In this document: piece after piece, positions 47,709-59,757 of the stretch
Position numbering within the stretch: the stretch's first letter is position 1
Layout of the letters: each line of letters starts with the position of its first letter
From: Chiloscyllium plagiosum
Lineage: Eukaryota
Assembly: GCF_004010195.1 (NCBI RefSeq)
Contig: NC_057718.1
Span: 31,343 to 92,703, forward strand
Direction of reading: 5' to 3'
DNA length: 61,361 bases
Translations under genes and position numbers: made by a program
The notes under the pieces: model-generated
Told to the model about the DNA's origin: nothing
Databases searched by the model: none
The model's input: only the letters and a program-made list of their open reading frames with translations

Positions 47709-50027
47709 GTGCAGAGAATTCTAAAAGATTTGTCAGGTATGATCTCCATTTGATGAAGCCATGCTGACTCAGCTGTATTTAACCACGCATTTCCAAGTAC
47801 ATCACAACCTTATCCTTAATAACTCTAACTAACAAACGGCGCAGTTCCCTGTCTTCTGGTTCCCTCTCTTTTTAAGCGGGGGTACAACATTAGCCATTTT
47901 CCCCATCCCTCTGGCACCGTCCCTGACTCCAGTGATTCATGACAGGACCCCAACAAGGCCTTTATGATCTTTTCAGTTATCTCATTCAGAACTCTGGGGT
48001 TCAACCACCTGCAGATCTTTTAGCTTCATCATCACTTCCTTGTGAGAGTTGGCACTTTATTAATTTCTTCCCATGACTCCACTGAAGTTCTGGTATAGAA
48101 ATCTCAAGATGCCTGGTGACGGCTCTACAGTACCCACCTCCACCACCTCCTCTGGCAGCCTATTCCAGGCACTTACCACACTCTCCATGAAATAAAAAAC
48201 AAAACTGACATATTCCGTAAATCTATGCCTCTTCATATTTGATATGTCTTCCCTGGATAAAGGAGTCTGACTATCTATTCTAATCATACCTCTCATAAAT
48301 TTGCAACTTCTATCAGGTCCCCCTTCGTCTCCGATGTTCAAGTGAAAACAAAACAAGTTTGTCCAATCTCTCGTCATAGCAAATACCCTCCAAACCAGGC
48401 AACATCTTACTAAACCGCTTCTGCACCCTTTGCAAAGTCTCCATAGTCTTCTGGTATTGTGGCAGTCAGAAATACATACAATCTCCCAAATGTGACTGAA
48501 GTAAATTTCTATACAGCTGTAACATGATGTGTTACAGCTCTCTATGCACTGACCAGTGAAAGCAAACTCACCACATTCCTTCTTAACCGCTTTTTCCACT
48601 TGTGTTGCCAGTTTCAGGGAAGTTGGAGTTATATGCCCAGATCCTTCTGCATGTTTATGCTGCTGAGGGTTCAGCCCTGTACTGTATACTTTATTCATCC
48701 AGTTGATATTCCAAAGTACATTAGCTGGAATTTGTCTGCATAATTTGGTATTTCCATGCCAAATTATATTATTTACCTATGTATTGCTACTCTGGCTTAT
48801 CTATAACCCTAAGCCTAAGCATAATCCTTCTCATTATCCTCAGTTCCCCCAATCGGTTTGTTGTCTGAAAGCTTGCTGATCAGGTCACCTACATTCTCCT
48901 CCAAATCATGATGTATATTTTACAAACAACAAGGCTCCCAGCACAAATCCCTGCCTAACACCACTTGTCACAGGTCTTCAGTCAGAAAGGCATTATTCCT
49001 CTGCTAGTCTTTTTTGTTTTGGTCTATTATTGTCACATCTATGTAGCTCGGACAAAAAGGTTTGTTTTGTGTTCAGAACAGACAAATTGTAGCATAAAAA
49101 CTGAATAAGGTTAATAGAACTGAGTGAGAAATACAATGTTACCACTGACGAATAGGTGCATAAAGAGCAAGATCAACACTTGTTTTAAAATTGAGACGTC
49201 CATTCAGAAACCTAGTAACAGTGGAGAATAAGCTGTTCTTGCATCTGTTGGTATGTCTGTTTAAGCATTTTATCTTTTGCCCGACAAAGAAGGTAGGAAG
49301 GGATTATAACTGGTGGGGAAGTGGTCTTTGATGATGTTCGCTGCCTCTCTGCGGCAGCAAGAAGTATAGATAGAGTCAATAGATGGAAGGTCAACTTGTA
49401 TGAAGGACTGGACAATGCTCACAACTCTGTGTGGTTTCTTACGGTCCTCAGCAGAGCAGCTGCCATACTAAACCATTATACATTCTTATAGAATGCTTTT
49501 TATGGTGCATCCACAAAAGTTTGGAACAGTCTTTATGGAAGTGCTAAATTTCCTTAGCCTCCGAGGGAAGTAGAGAAGTTATTCTTCTTTCCTGAACCTC
49601 GCATTAACCTAACTGCTGATGATTGTCACTCCTGAGAACTTGATACTGTTGACCATCTTCACCTCACTTCCATTGGTAAAGATAAGACAGCGTTCGTCAC
49701 TTTGCTTCCGGAAGTCAATAACCAGCTCTTTCGTTTTGCATTAGTTGAGGGAGAGATTGTTATCTTTACACCACCCCATGAAGCACTGTACCTCTTTCCT
49801 GTATTCTATCTCATCATTGCTTGACCTAAGTAAGGCTCACTGGCCTGTAATTTCCCAAATTATCCCCGCTGCCCTTCTTGAACAAAGAAACAAAATTAGC
49901 AATTCCCCAGTTGTCTGGGACTTCTCCAGTGACTAAAGAGGATACAAAAGTTTCATACAAGCTTCCTGGAAATTTCCTCACGTGCATACCTCAGCATCCT
50001 GGTACAGAACACTGTAATCTAATCAGT

Positions 50028-50342
50028 TAGATAAGATTCTCTACAGTGTGGAAACAGGCCCTTCGGCCCAACAAGTCCACACCGACCGTCCGAACAGCAA
50101 CCCACCCAGATCCATTTCCCTCTGACTCATACACCTAGCACTATGGGAAATTTAGCATGGCCAATTCACCTGACCTGCACATCTCTGGATTGTGGGAGGA
50201 AACCGGAGCACCCAGAGGAAACCCACACAGACACGGGGAGAATATGCAGACTCCACACAGACAGTCGCCCGAAGCTGGAATCAAACCTGGCACCCTGGTG
50301 CTGTGAGGCAGCAGTGCTAAATACTGCGCCACCGTGCCACCC
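50028..50342 (-). mobile_element. Full-length HE1 SINE
   Basis: Reverse complement of head, V-domain and CR1-like tail. Confidence 0.9.
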
Positions 50343-51039
50343 CCACTTCCTGGGGATTTGTCTAACTTAATGCTTTTCAAAAAAACTATCACCTCCTCCT
50401 CCTTGTTATGTCGACGTGCCTTACAATATCAATATACGCCTCTCAATACCCAACATTGACATGTCCTTCTTTGTGAATACTAATACAATCTTCCTCATGT
50501 TCCATGCATAAATTCCCTCCATTATCCATGAGTGGACCTACCCTTTCCCCAGTTAGCTTCTTGCTCCTTTCATATTTACAGAAGAAATTTATATTTTCTT
50601 GTCTGACAAAGGCATGTGATGCTCCCTCTTTGCCCTCCTGATTTTTTGTTTGTGATTTTGTCCGGCTGTCTTTGTGTTCTTCATGGACTCTGGTTGTCTT
50701 CTGTACATTTAATCTTTGGCTATTAGATTTTCTGGAACTTTATTATTAGTCACAGAATAAATAAGACTTAAGACAGTGATTAAGATTTGGGTATTTTAAA
50801 TTCAAATCAACAAGTGAACAAAGACAATTGCCAGCACTTATCAGTGTGAGGGATTCATCAGGATCACTGTCCAGTTGTCAATGACCATCCTGAGAGTAAG
50901 CGTCTTCATTCTCAGTATCATCATAATCACAGTGAATCCAATTTTCAAGAAAAAGTTGATTTCTGGTTAATTACATTGCAACACACAACACTTACTGCAG
51001 GGAAATTGGATTAAATTGTTAAGTGGTTGAGCTATAAAT

Positions 51040-53400
51040 AGAGATTATACACATTAGACCTGTTTTCTCCAGAATTTAGGAGGTGAAAGGATGATTTGAT
51101 GCAAGTTTTAGTAAAATTAACTAGAAAATGCAGCGCTGATAATGATAAATTATTTTCACGAATTGGGGAGCAGAGTGCAAATATTAGAGCAATGTCATTC
51201 ATGACAGATGTTAAGAAGCACTTCTCCGTACAAAGATTGTTACAGGTGTGAACTCTCCAATGAACTTCAGTTGGTGCTTGATCAGTTGCTAACTTTAAGT
51301 CTAACTTTTGATGGGTAAGGTGTTAATGACCAAAGGCAGGTACTGTATATCGTGTTGGGCCAAAGATCAGTCACGACATCATTGAATAGCAGAGCAGGTT
51401 TGAGGAGCTGAATGGCCTGTTTGCTTCCATATGTTTCTATTTCCTTTACCTCATAACAGAGGAATCTGAGGCGAGGAAATGTTTGTCCTGTACAAAATTA
51501 GATGGAGGAAGCAGAAATCACTTTTTCCTCTTTGGTGGGGGGGATCAATAATTGTAAATTTATACTAAAGGGCAGGTGTTTTAGAAGGATGTGAGGAAAA
51601 AGGTGGTTTCACCGATTGGGGCTGGTGACAATCTAGAACTCACTGCCCTGCAATGGTGGTACGGACCAAAAAACACCTGCAGTTTCTGGAATCCGAAATA
51701 GACAATCAGGAGGCTGGAAGAACTCAGCAAGCCAAGCAGCATCAGGAGGTGGAGAATTCGACATTTCAGCTGTAACCCTGCTTCAGGTTGGAGCACCATG
51801 AGTAGGTCAAAACTTGGAGGGTTTAAAACGTACTTGTGGTCCTTGAGGGATGAGATGGTTGCAAAAACAGCAGCTGAGGAATGTCACGTGGCTGTAGTAG
51901 CGAGTTTCTTTAATCGTACGATCAAACAGCTGGAGGGCTGAGGAGGTCACCGCATTGTGACAGTGAGAAAGAGGCTCAACGAGTGCACATCTGAGGGAGG
52001 CAGAGAACTTCTTCAAAGTGGGCACCCTTTGAAGAGACTTTGCAGTGCAAAAAACTTGGTTAGAGACAAAAAAACTGCAGATGTTGGAATCAAAAGTAAA
52101 CAATCAGGAGGCTGCAAGAACACAGCAAGCCAACCAGCATCAGGAGGTGGAAACTTCGACATTTCGGCTGTAACTCTTTTTCGGGCCTGCTTCTCTACTC
52201 TGCAAAGGTGGTAGGGGCAGGGATCAACCCTGGGACCACAGGTTTTACATTAACGATCTGGAAGAAGAAACTGAGGGTGTTTTTGCTAAGTTTGCAGATA
52301 ACACAAGGATAGGTAGAGGGACAGTAGTACTGAGGTGGCCGAGAGGCTGCAGAAGAACTCGGACAGGCTTGGGATTAAGCAAAGAAGAGTCAGATGTAAT
52401 AATGTAGGGGGACAAGCTGAGAATAGTTCACAGGTCAGCTCAACATCAAGGGCTAAAGGGCCTGTTCTGTGCTGTATTGTTCTATGTATTATGTAATACA
52501 TTGTGAAAAAATGCGAGGCTATGCATTTTGGTAGAAAGCATAAAGATGTCGATGTTTTATTTAATGCCAGTAGGCATCAGAAATCTGAAGGAAAAGGGAC
52601 TCAGGAATAAAGAAACAAGGAACTGCAGATGCTGGAAATCAGAAACAAAAAGGAAATTGCTGGAAAAATTCACTAGGTCTGGCAGTATCCATGGAGACAA
52701 TGCCAAATTAACGACTTAGTTCCAATGACACTTCTCTGAAGGGGAGTTAGGATTCTAGTATAGGATTCCATTAAGGTTGACATGGAGGTTCAGTTGGCAG
52801 GAAGAAGGAAAATAGATTTCTTGTTATACATCTATAAAACATTGCTTCGGCCACAGATGGAGTACTGAGTTCACTGTTGGTTGTCACACTATCAAAAGGA
52901 CATTATTTAACGTGAGGTTGAAGAGAAAAGGATTCAACAGAGTGTTTCTGGGATGAAATGTCTCAATTATGCAGAGACATTGGATAGGCTGGTTTGTTTT
53001 CAGAGCAATGGAGGCTGAGGGGGATCTGACTGAGGTTTGAAATGATGCGATGCTTTGACCGAGTAGATTGTGAGAATCTCTTCCCCATAGCAGATGAATT
53101 AAAGACAAGGAGGCATACATTTAAGGTGAGAAGCAAATAGTTTAGAGGAAATTTGATGAAGATTTATTATTCACCCAGAGGATGGTGGAAACATGGAACA
53201 TGCTGATTGAGGGGGTGATGGAGCCTAATAGTCTCGCAATATTCAGGAAGCATCTGGATGAATATTTAAAATATTGGGGCATTGAAGGTTCTGGACCAAG
53301 TGCAGGTGAATGTGATCAGTGTAGTTTGTCATTTGCTGGATGGCAGAGACATGTAGGGATGAAGGACCTGCTTCTGTGCTGTCAGACTCCATGACTGTAA
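51040..53400 (+). mobile_element. Old CR1 3' fragments with short PLE-derived inserts (~51665-51790, ~52065-52185, ~52610-52745)
   Basis: FADNTRIG and MVETWNML peptides; inserts resemble the ctgcagatgctgga...cgacatttc PLE terminal repeat. Confidence 0.65.
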
Positions 53401-53860
53401 TTAAAGGATCTCTGTTATGTAAACATGTGGAAGTCCAGAGGGAGTGATAGAGAGTACCAAAAATAAAATGAAGTATAATTAAATCAAGAATTACTGAGTT
53501 AAGAAGTATCGAAGCTAGTAAATAGAGAAAAATAAATTTAAAGTAAGAGGATTAGATACAGATCGAGTGAAAATGATATTGATAAATGAAAATGAACAAT
53601 TTGTCAGCATTTGACTTCAAAGGAAGATTCCTGATTGATCCACAAGCAATTCAGTTATGATCTCACTTGGAAGATTGGAATCTCCACAGCTCACAATAGG
53701 ATGATTAGCAATGTGTTCTGCATTAATCCACAATACGTTTTGCAGATAGGAGATTTAGACTCCCTAATCAGATCACCTTCAGATTGTGGACCCTGAGTGT
53801 ATTTCCTGCTCAGAACTGAGATGTGTGGTTTGTAGCCAACAGGAGCAGAAACACAGGATG

Positions 53861-55029
53861 TTGTTGTTGTGGTTCTGTTCGCTGAGCTGGGAATTTGTGT
53901 TGCAGATGTTTCGTCCCCTGTCTAGGTGACATCCTCAGTGCTTGGGAGCCTCCTGTGAAACGCTTCTGTGATATTTCCTCCGGCATTTATAGTGATTTGT
54001 ACCTGCCGCTTCCGCTTGTCAGTTCCAGCTGTCCGTTGCAGTGGTCGGTATATTGGGTCCAGGTCAATATGCTTTTGATTGAATCAGTGGATGAATGTCA
54101 TGCCTCTAGGAATTCCCTGGCTGTTCTCTGTTCTCTACAAAGGTATACAGGAAAGCCACACACACGGACCAAGTCCTAAACTACGAAAGCAACCACCCCA
54201 ACACACACAAAAGAAGTTGCATCAAGACACTGTTCAAAAGGGCCACAACACACTGCAGTACATCAGAACTGCAAAAAGAGGAAGAAGAACACCTATACAA
54301 TGTACTCGCCAAAAACGGATACCCCCACAATTTCATCAACAGATGCCTAAGGGAAAGACAATGGAATGAGGACTTGCCACAACCCAAAGGACTAGCCACA
54401 CTACCATACATCAAAAACATTTCCGAACTGACAGCCAGACTACTGCGACCACCAGGACTCATAACAGCACACAAACCAACAGCCACTCTCAGACAACAAC
54501 TCACCAGGACAAAGGACCCGATACCCAGCTTGAGCAAAACCAATGCAGTGTACAAAATCCCATGCAAGGACTGCACAAAACACTACATAGGACAAACAGG
54601 AAGACAGCTAACGATCCGCATCCATGAACACCAACTAGCCACGAAACGACATGACCAGCCACACACTCAGATGACAAGCAACATGAGTTCAACTGGGACA
54701 ACACTACTATTATAGGACAAGCCAAACAGAGAACAGCCAGGGAATTCCTAGAGGCATGGCACTCATCCACAGATTCAATCAATAAGCACATTGACCTGGA
54801 CCCAATAACCGACCACTGCAATGGACAGCTGGAACTGACAACCGGAAGCGGCAGGTACAAACCACTATAAATGCCAGAGGAAACATATAGAAGCGCTTCA
54901 CAGGAGGCTCCCAAGCACTGAGGATGTCACCTAGACAGGGGACGAAACGTCTGCAACACAAATTCCCAGTTCGGTAAACAGAACCACAACAACGAGCACC
55001 TGAGCTACAAGTCTTCTCTCAAACTTTGA
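53861..55029 (+). mobile_element. 5'-truncated Penelope element: inverted 5' pLTR, RT thumb plus GIY-YIG remnant, 3' pLTR with tail
   Basis: TSD acaggatg at 53853-53860 and 55030-55037; 53864-54131 is the reverse complement of ~54725-54993; NGYPHNFI, TLPYIKNISE, VYKIPCKDC...YIGQTGRQL...RIHEH. Confidence 0.93.
54915..54954 (+). ncRNA. Minimal type I hammerhead ribozyme motif in the Penelope pLTR
   Basis: GCA-CTGAGGA-T-GTCACCT-AGAC-AGGGGAC-GAAAC-GTC-TGC; predicted cleavage after C54951. An inverted copy lies at ~53902-53942. Confidence 0.85.
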
Positions 55030-56235
55030 ACAGGATGATGTGTTTGTGAAAATAAATATGCATTAAATGTTCTCAATATGCGAAGTCTTCTTGTCTATGT
55101 AGTGAACTCACTCTGAAAAGAGTACGGAGAATTACAGACTTTTCTGCAGTCTCAATATTAACGAGTGAAAGAGAAAGGGATAATGGATTTATAATACATT
55201 GACTGCAAGGAAGATTGCTTCAGTTTTCAATGTTGTTCGTCAGACAAAAACGAATATCTAGCCAATGAATTTAGCGTCACGAAGCATATTCTAACTTCTA
55301 AATTTCCAAGTGAGTTTTGGCGCTGTTGTGAGAAAGAGTCGAAATGCTAATGGGATGAGGTGGTGTCTTTCTGGAACTGAACAACATTCTGGGGAAGTTT
55401 CTGTGCTTAAGTTGTTTTTCATCAAGATATTTGTGAAGTCGGATTGCTAAACTTTGATATCTACATGCGCTTGGCATTACGTTTCTGTATAAGTAAGTTG
55501 GGTGAAGTTTGCGAAGGAGATTAGAGATGAACTCAGCTAACTTCTGCGTGAAACAGCAAGAGGCAAAAATAGTTTGAGAGTCATTGGAAAGATGTCTTCG
55601 CAATTGTAGGCAAATGGCCAGTTTGACTTCGCTTTCTAAGTAAGACCATGCAAGTGAACGGACTGCAGTTCAATACTCATGATAGCACAGGATATACATG
55701 TACATATTTTCAGTAAAATATTAGCTATGTTTAAGGAAAATATCATCGTCTTGAAAACGTAATGATATGCAACGTTATTATGTTGTACAACGCATGAACA
55801 CACAGAGAAAACACCCTTGACAGAGATAATGACTTACTTTGACAAACAACGCAACCAGTTAAAGTGGCGTGTTACCCACGCGCACATTTGATATATTTTC
55901 TTTCTCAGTCTAAAAATGATTACAGGTTTCATCTGAATTTTTCCAAACAGATATAACAGGCATAAAACATGCGAAAACATGATTTGCAATATCTTAGATA
56001 GCTTCAATGCATTCCTTCCTGGAAAAGCGTTTGCACTTCCTCGCTAACATTTTCATTACTATAATGGAGATTACATTCTTTCAGTTGTATGCATTGTACG
56101 GGAACATTTCTATTGGATTAGTATGGATATGAATTTGCAGTCGCAGCTATGTAATTTTAATTACTTCATGCAATATAAATATGTTCGTGGTTTCAGTAAG
56201 AAAGATGAAGAGATGGAGAGTTACAGATCAGCTTC

Positions 56236-56610
56236 CTTATGAAGGACTTTTGCCCGAAACGTTGATTTTCTTGTTCATCGGATGCTTCCAGACCTGCATA
56301 AAAGCAAATTACTGCAGATGCTGGAATCTGAAACAAAAAAGAGAAAATGCTGGAAAATCTCAGTAAGTCTGGCAGCATCTGTAAGGAGAGAAAAGAGCTG
56401 ACGTTTCGAGTGTAACTGACCATTTGACCCTTTTTGACAAAGAGTCAGTAGACTCGAAACGTCAGCTCTTTTCTCTCCTTACAGATGTTGCCAGACTCGC
56501 TGAGAGTTTCTAGCATTTTCTCTTTTTTGGCTTCCTGACCTGCTGCGCTTTTCCAGCACCACTCTAATCTAGACTCTGATTTCCAGCATCTGCAGTCCTC
56601 ACTTTTGCCG
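56236..56610 (+). mobile_element. Short PLE-derived element containing a nested fold-back element of another family (56298-56529)
   Basis: TSD gcttcc(a/t)gacctgc at 56284-56297 and 56530-56543; inverted arms around ~56425. Confidence 0.82.
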
Positions 56611-57464
56611 AGTGTGGGAATGTGGCTGACTGTGTGGGATTGTGTGTGGCTGTGTCTGTGTAAGGAGAGAGTTGGATTCATCTCTGATAAAGATTCATAG
56701 AAGAATATTTAAGTATAAGTCTATTTTTCTGTGAATCTGTGGTGACTGTGTCAGAGTGTGTGAATGCATGGATGAGTGTGTTTTTGGTTGTGAGAGAGGG
56801 TTTCAGCATCAGTTTTGTGTGAGATTTAGAAAGTGAGAGCGAGAGTGGGAGAAAGAGTGATGGAGGACATATTTACCAAAGTACGACCGTGTGTGAACTA
56901 GAAACTCGAAAGAGATATTAATATCGTCAATTAAAGGGAAACCCTGACGTAGAGAGATTCACAACCAGACTTCCTCACATCCCTCATATAATTTCCAGGC
57001 AGTAACTAGCAACTTGACTCTACATCATAGTAATTTTCTGATACCAACAACATACCCTGGACAGTAATGTTTAATCAATTTCTCATAATTTTTAAGGCAG
57101 TCCCTTCTTCTTTCAACTCAACTTACTAACATGAATCATATTGCACTGTTATAGTTCATCTGCCAATGTTTGAAAAATACAATTCACATGATACAGACAG
57201 CAAAGTAGATGATTGGATGGGATGTAGTGAACTCTGTTACACTCAGTAACTTCATGTTGCAATTTTATAACATCCAGTCAAAACTCTGCCCTGCCACAGG
57301 GAAAATCCACACTGGGTCTGGAAATGTGGACTGGGCAGGGAACATTAATTTAATATGTCACTGAATAAGTGTGTAAATCTCTGCTGCATATGGACATTTC
57401 TGACATTACATTCCACTTGCCAACTACTTGCCCATGCAGTAAACCTGTCAATATCTTTTTACAG

Positions 57465-57643
57465 GAGAAAGTGAGGGCTGCAGGTGCTGGAGATCAGAGC
57501 TGAAAATGTGTTGCTGGAAAAGCGCAGCAGATCAGGCAGCATCCAAGGAACAGGAGAATCGATGGTTCGGGCATAAGCCCTTCCTGAAGAAACGTCGATT
57601 CTCCTGTTCCTTGGATGCTGCCTGACCTGCTGCGCTTTTCCAG
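57465..57643 (-). mobile_element. Fold-back PLE-derived element, centre partly deleted
   Basis: 16 bp TSD caatatctttttacag at 57449-57464 and 57644-57659; same family as 18131-18350. Confidence 0.88.
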
Positions 57644-58197
57644 CAATATCTTTTTACAGCCTCTTTGGTGGTCGCCACAGCTTTCTTTCACACTCAGTGA
57701 TGTCTTGACAGTGAACTTAGAGACATTACTTTTGTCTAAATCATTGATATTGATTATAAATGACTGTGGTTTTAACAGTGACCATCTGGCACCACCACTC
57801 GTGCAAGCTCACTCAGTTGTAAATGACCTTGTTTACTGCCCATCAGCCAAACCTGCATGCTCCAGGACAGCAAACTCTGTTACACTCAATACACAGTCTG
57901 CCTTAACATTATAATGTTATACTGTACAGTCAGAACTGTCAGAGGTGGGGCATAGAGACAAGCAAAGAGAGAGAGGTAATGGAGGTGGGGGGGAGGGAAG
58001 AGTGAGTCAGAAACAACAGACAGGGACTGAGAGGGAGACTTGTGAAGACTCGCTAAACTGAATAGATCCCTGAATTACGTCACAATATTCAAATTCGAAT
58101 ATAATGCAGTTTTCTAATTTTTAAAAAATTTTGTGAAATGTAAGTATAGTTGATAGATTCTGAGATCCACACTGATTCTTAAAAACTCACCAATGAG

Positions 58198-58590
58198 ATT
58201 GGTAGAGAGATTGAGTTTCGGAGCCACAAGGTCATGCTGCAACTGTTCAAAACTTTGGTGCGGCTGCATTTGGAGTATTGCGTACAGTTCTGGTCACCGC
58301 ATTACAAGAAGGATGAGGAAGTTCTGGAAAGGATTCAGAGGAGATTTACGAGGATGTTGCCTGGTTATGGAGGGAAGATCATATGAGGAAAGGCTGAGGG
58401 ACTTGGGGCTGTTTTCATTAGAGAGAAGAAGGTTGAGAGGTGACTTAATTGAGACATATAAGATAATCAGAGGGTTAGATAGAGTGGACAGTGAGAGCCT
58501 TTTTCCTCGGATGGTGATGGCTGACATGAGGGGACATAACTTTAAATTGTGGGGTGATAGATGTAGTATAGATGTTGGAGATAGTTTCTT
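58198..58590 (+). mobile_element. CR1 3' fragment
   Basis: [31 protein letters not shown]. Confidence 0.88.
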
Positions 58591-59124
58591 TAGAGCTAAG
58601 AGCAGCAAAGAGGGGACATGAAAGNNNNNNNNNNNNNNNNNNNNNNNNNNNNNNNNNNNNNNNNNNNNNNNNNNNNNNNNNNNNNNNNNNNNNNNNNNNN
58701 NNNNNNNNNNNNNNNNNNNNNNNNNNNNNNNNNNNNNNNNNNNNNNNNNNNNNNNNNNNNNNNNNNNNNNNNNNNNNNNNNNNNNNNNNNNNNNNNNNNN
58801 NNNNNNNNNNNNNNNNNNNNNNNNNNNNNNNNNNNNNNNNNNNNNNNNNNNNNNNNNNNNNNNNNNNNNNNNNNNNNNNNNNNNNNNNNNNNNNNNNNNN
58901 NNNNNNNNNNNNNNNNNNNNNNNNNNNNNNNNNNNNNNNNNNNNNNNNNNNNNNNNNNNNNNNNNNNNNNNNNNNNNNNNNNNNNNNNNNNNNNNNNNNN
59001 NNNNNNNNNNNNNNNNNNNNNNNNNNNNNNNNNNNNNNNNNNNNNNNNNNNNNNNNNNNNNNNNNNNNNNNNNNNNNNNNNNNNNNNNNNNNNNNNNNNN
59101 NNNNNNNNNNNNNNNNNNNNNNNN

Positions 59125-59757
59125 TGGACGGACTGAATCTCTCTGGGTAGCCCATGCCGTGTGAAGAAAGTTACTAACTCCTCTACCACCTTTTTTTGCT
59201 TTGATACTCCATAATGGAATTGTCTCCAGAAATCTGGCAAACACATCCATTATGGTTCACAAGTACTAATTCGCACTTTTAGTTCTTAGGAGGGGATCTA
59301 CAAAATCAATTACAACCCATGTGAAAGGTTCTTCAAATGCAGAAATTAGCAACAAAGGTGCTGGTTTTATTACCACCTATGGCTTTCCTACCATTTAGCA
59401 TGTATGACGCGTTCAGCAAAAGTTAACCACATCCGTGTGCATTCTAGGCCAGTAAAAATATTTTTGTACCTTAGCCTGAGGTTTTTGCAGCCCTAGGTGA
59501 CCTCCTATAGGTAGTTCATGTGCTACCTGTAACACTTCCTGTCAGTATGCTACCGGCAACATAATCTGGTGCACTTTGGCCCATTTCTCCTCAGCACTAA
59601 CCTGCCGTGGTCTCCATTTCCATCTGAGGATTCTATCTTTCAGATAATAACCCTCTGCCATATTGCCTGCCTCCTTTTTAGAGTATGAATCCACATATGT
59701 ATCTTTTATCGTCTTGTCTTGCTGTTGCAAGTATCCTAGCCTTTCAGGGCTAAACAT
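59125..59757 (-). mobile_element. Gypsy LTR-retrotransposon integrase fragment
   Basis: YYLKDRIL, AHELPIGGHLG, YFYWPRM...FC..HTC (HHCC zinc domain), EEPFTWVVIDFV, IMDVFARFLETIPL, FFTRHGLPREIQS; adjoins the N gap 58625-59124. Confidence 0.88.

Larger units (their letters stand above)
45795..50700 (-). mobile_element. Mosaic of old minus-strand LINE fragments (mostly CR1; younger CR1 3' end at 46178-46745)
   Basis: LEYCVQV, ERVQKRFTRILPG, IKLDKSPG peptides; boundaries uncertain; 49020-49820 may be a different LINE clade. Confidence 0.7.

Noticed and set aside
50928..50955. CACAGTG heptamer as a possible V(D)J recombination signal
   Set aside because: No convincing nonamer at 12 or 23 bp and no Ig/TCR segment nearby.
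57999..58082. AP-1 (TGAGTCA) and CRE-like (TTACGTCA) sites
   Set aside because: Short motifs expected by chance, with no linked gene visible.
58294..59250. Long ORFs spanning N runs (also 2723-3322 and 27058-28037)
   Set aside because: Length is inflated by assembly gaps; the flanks are TE fragments.
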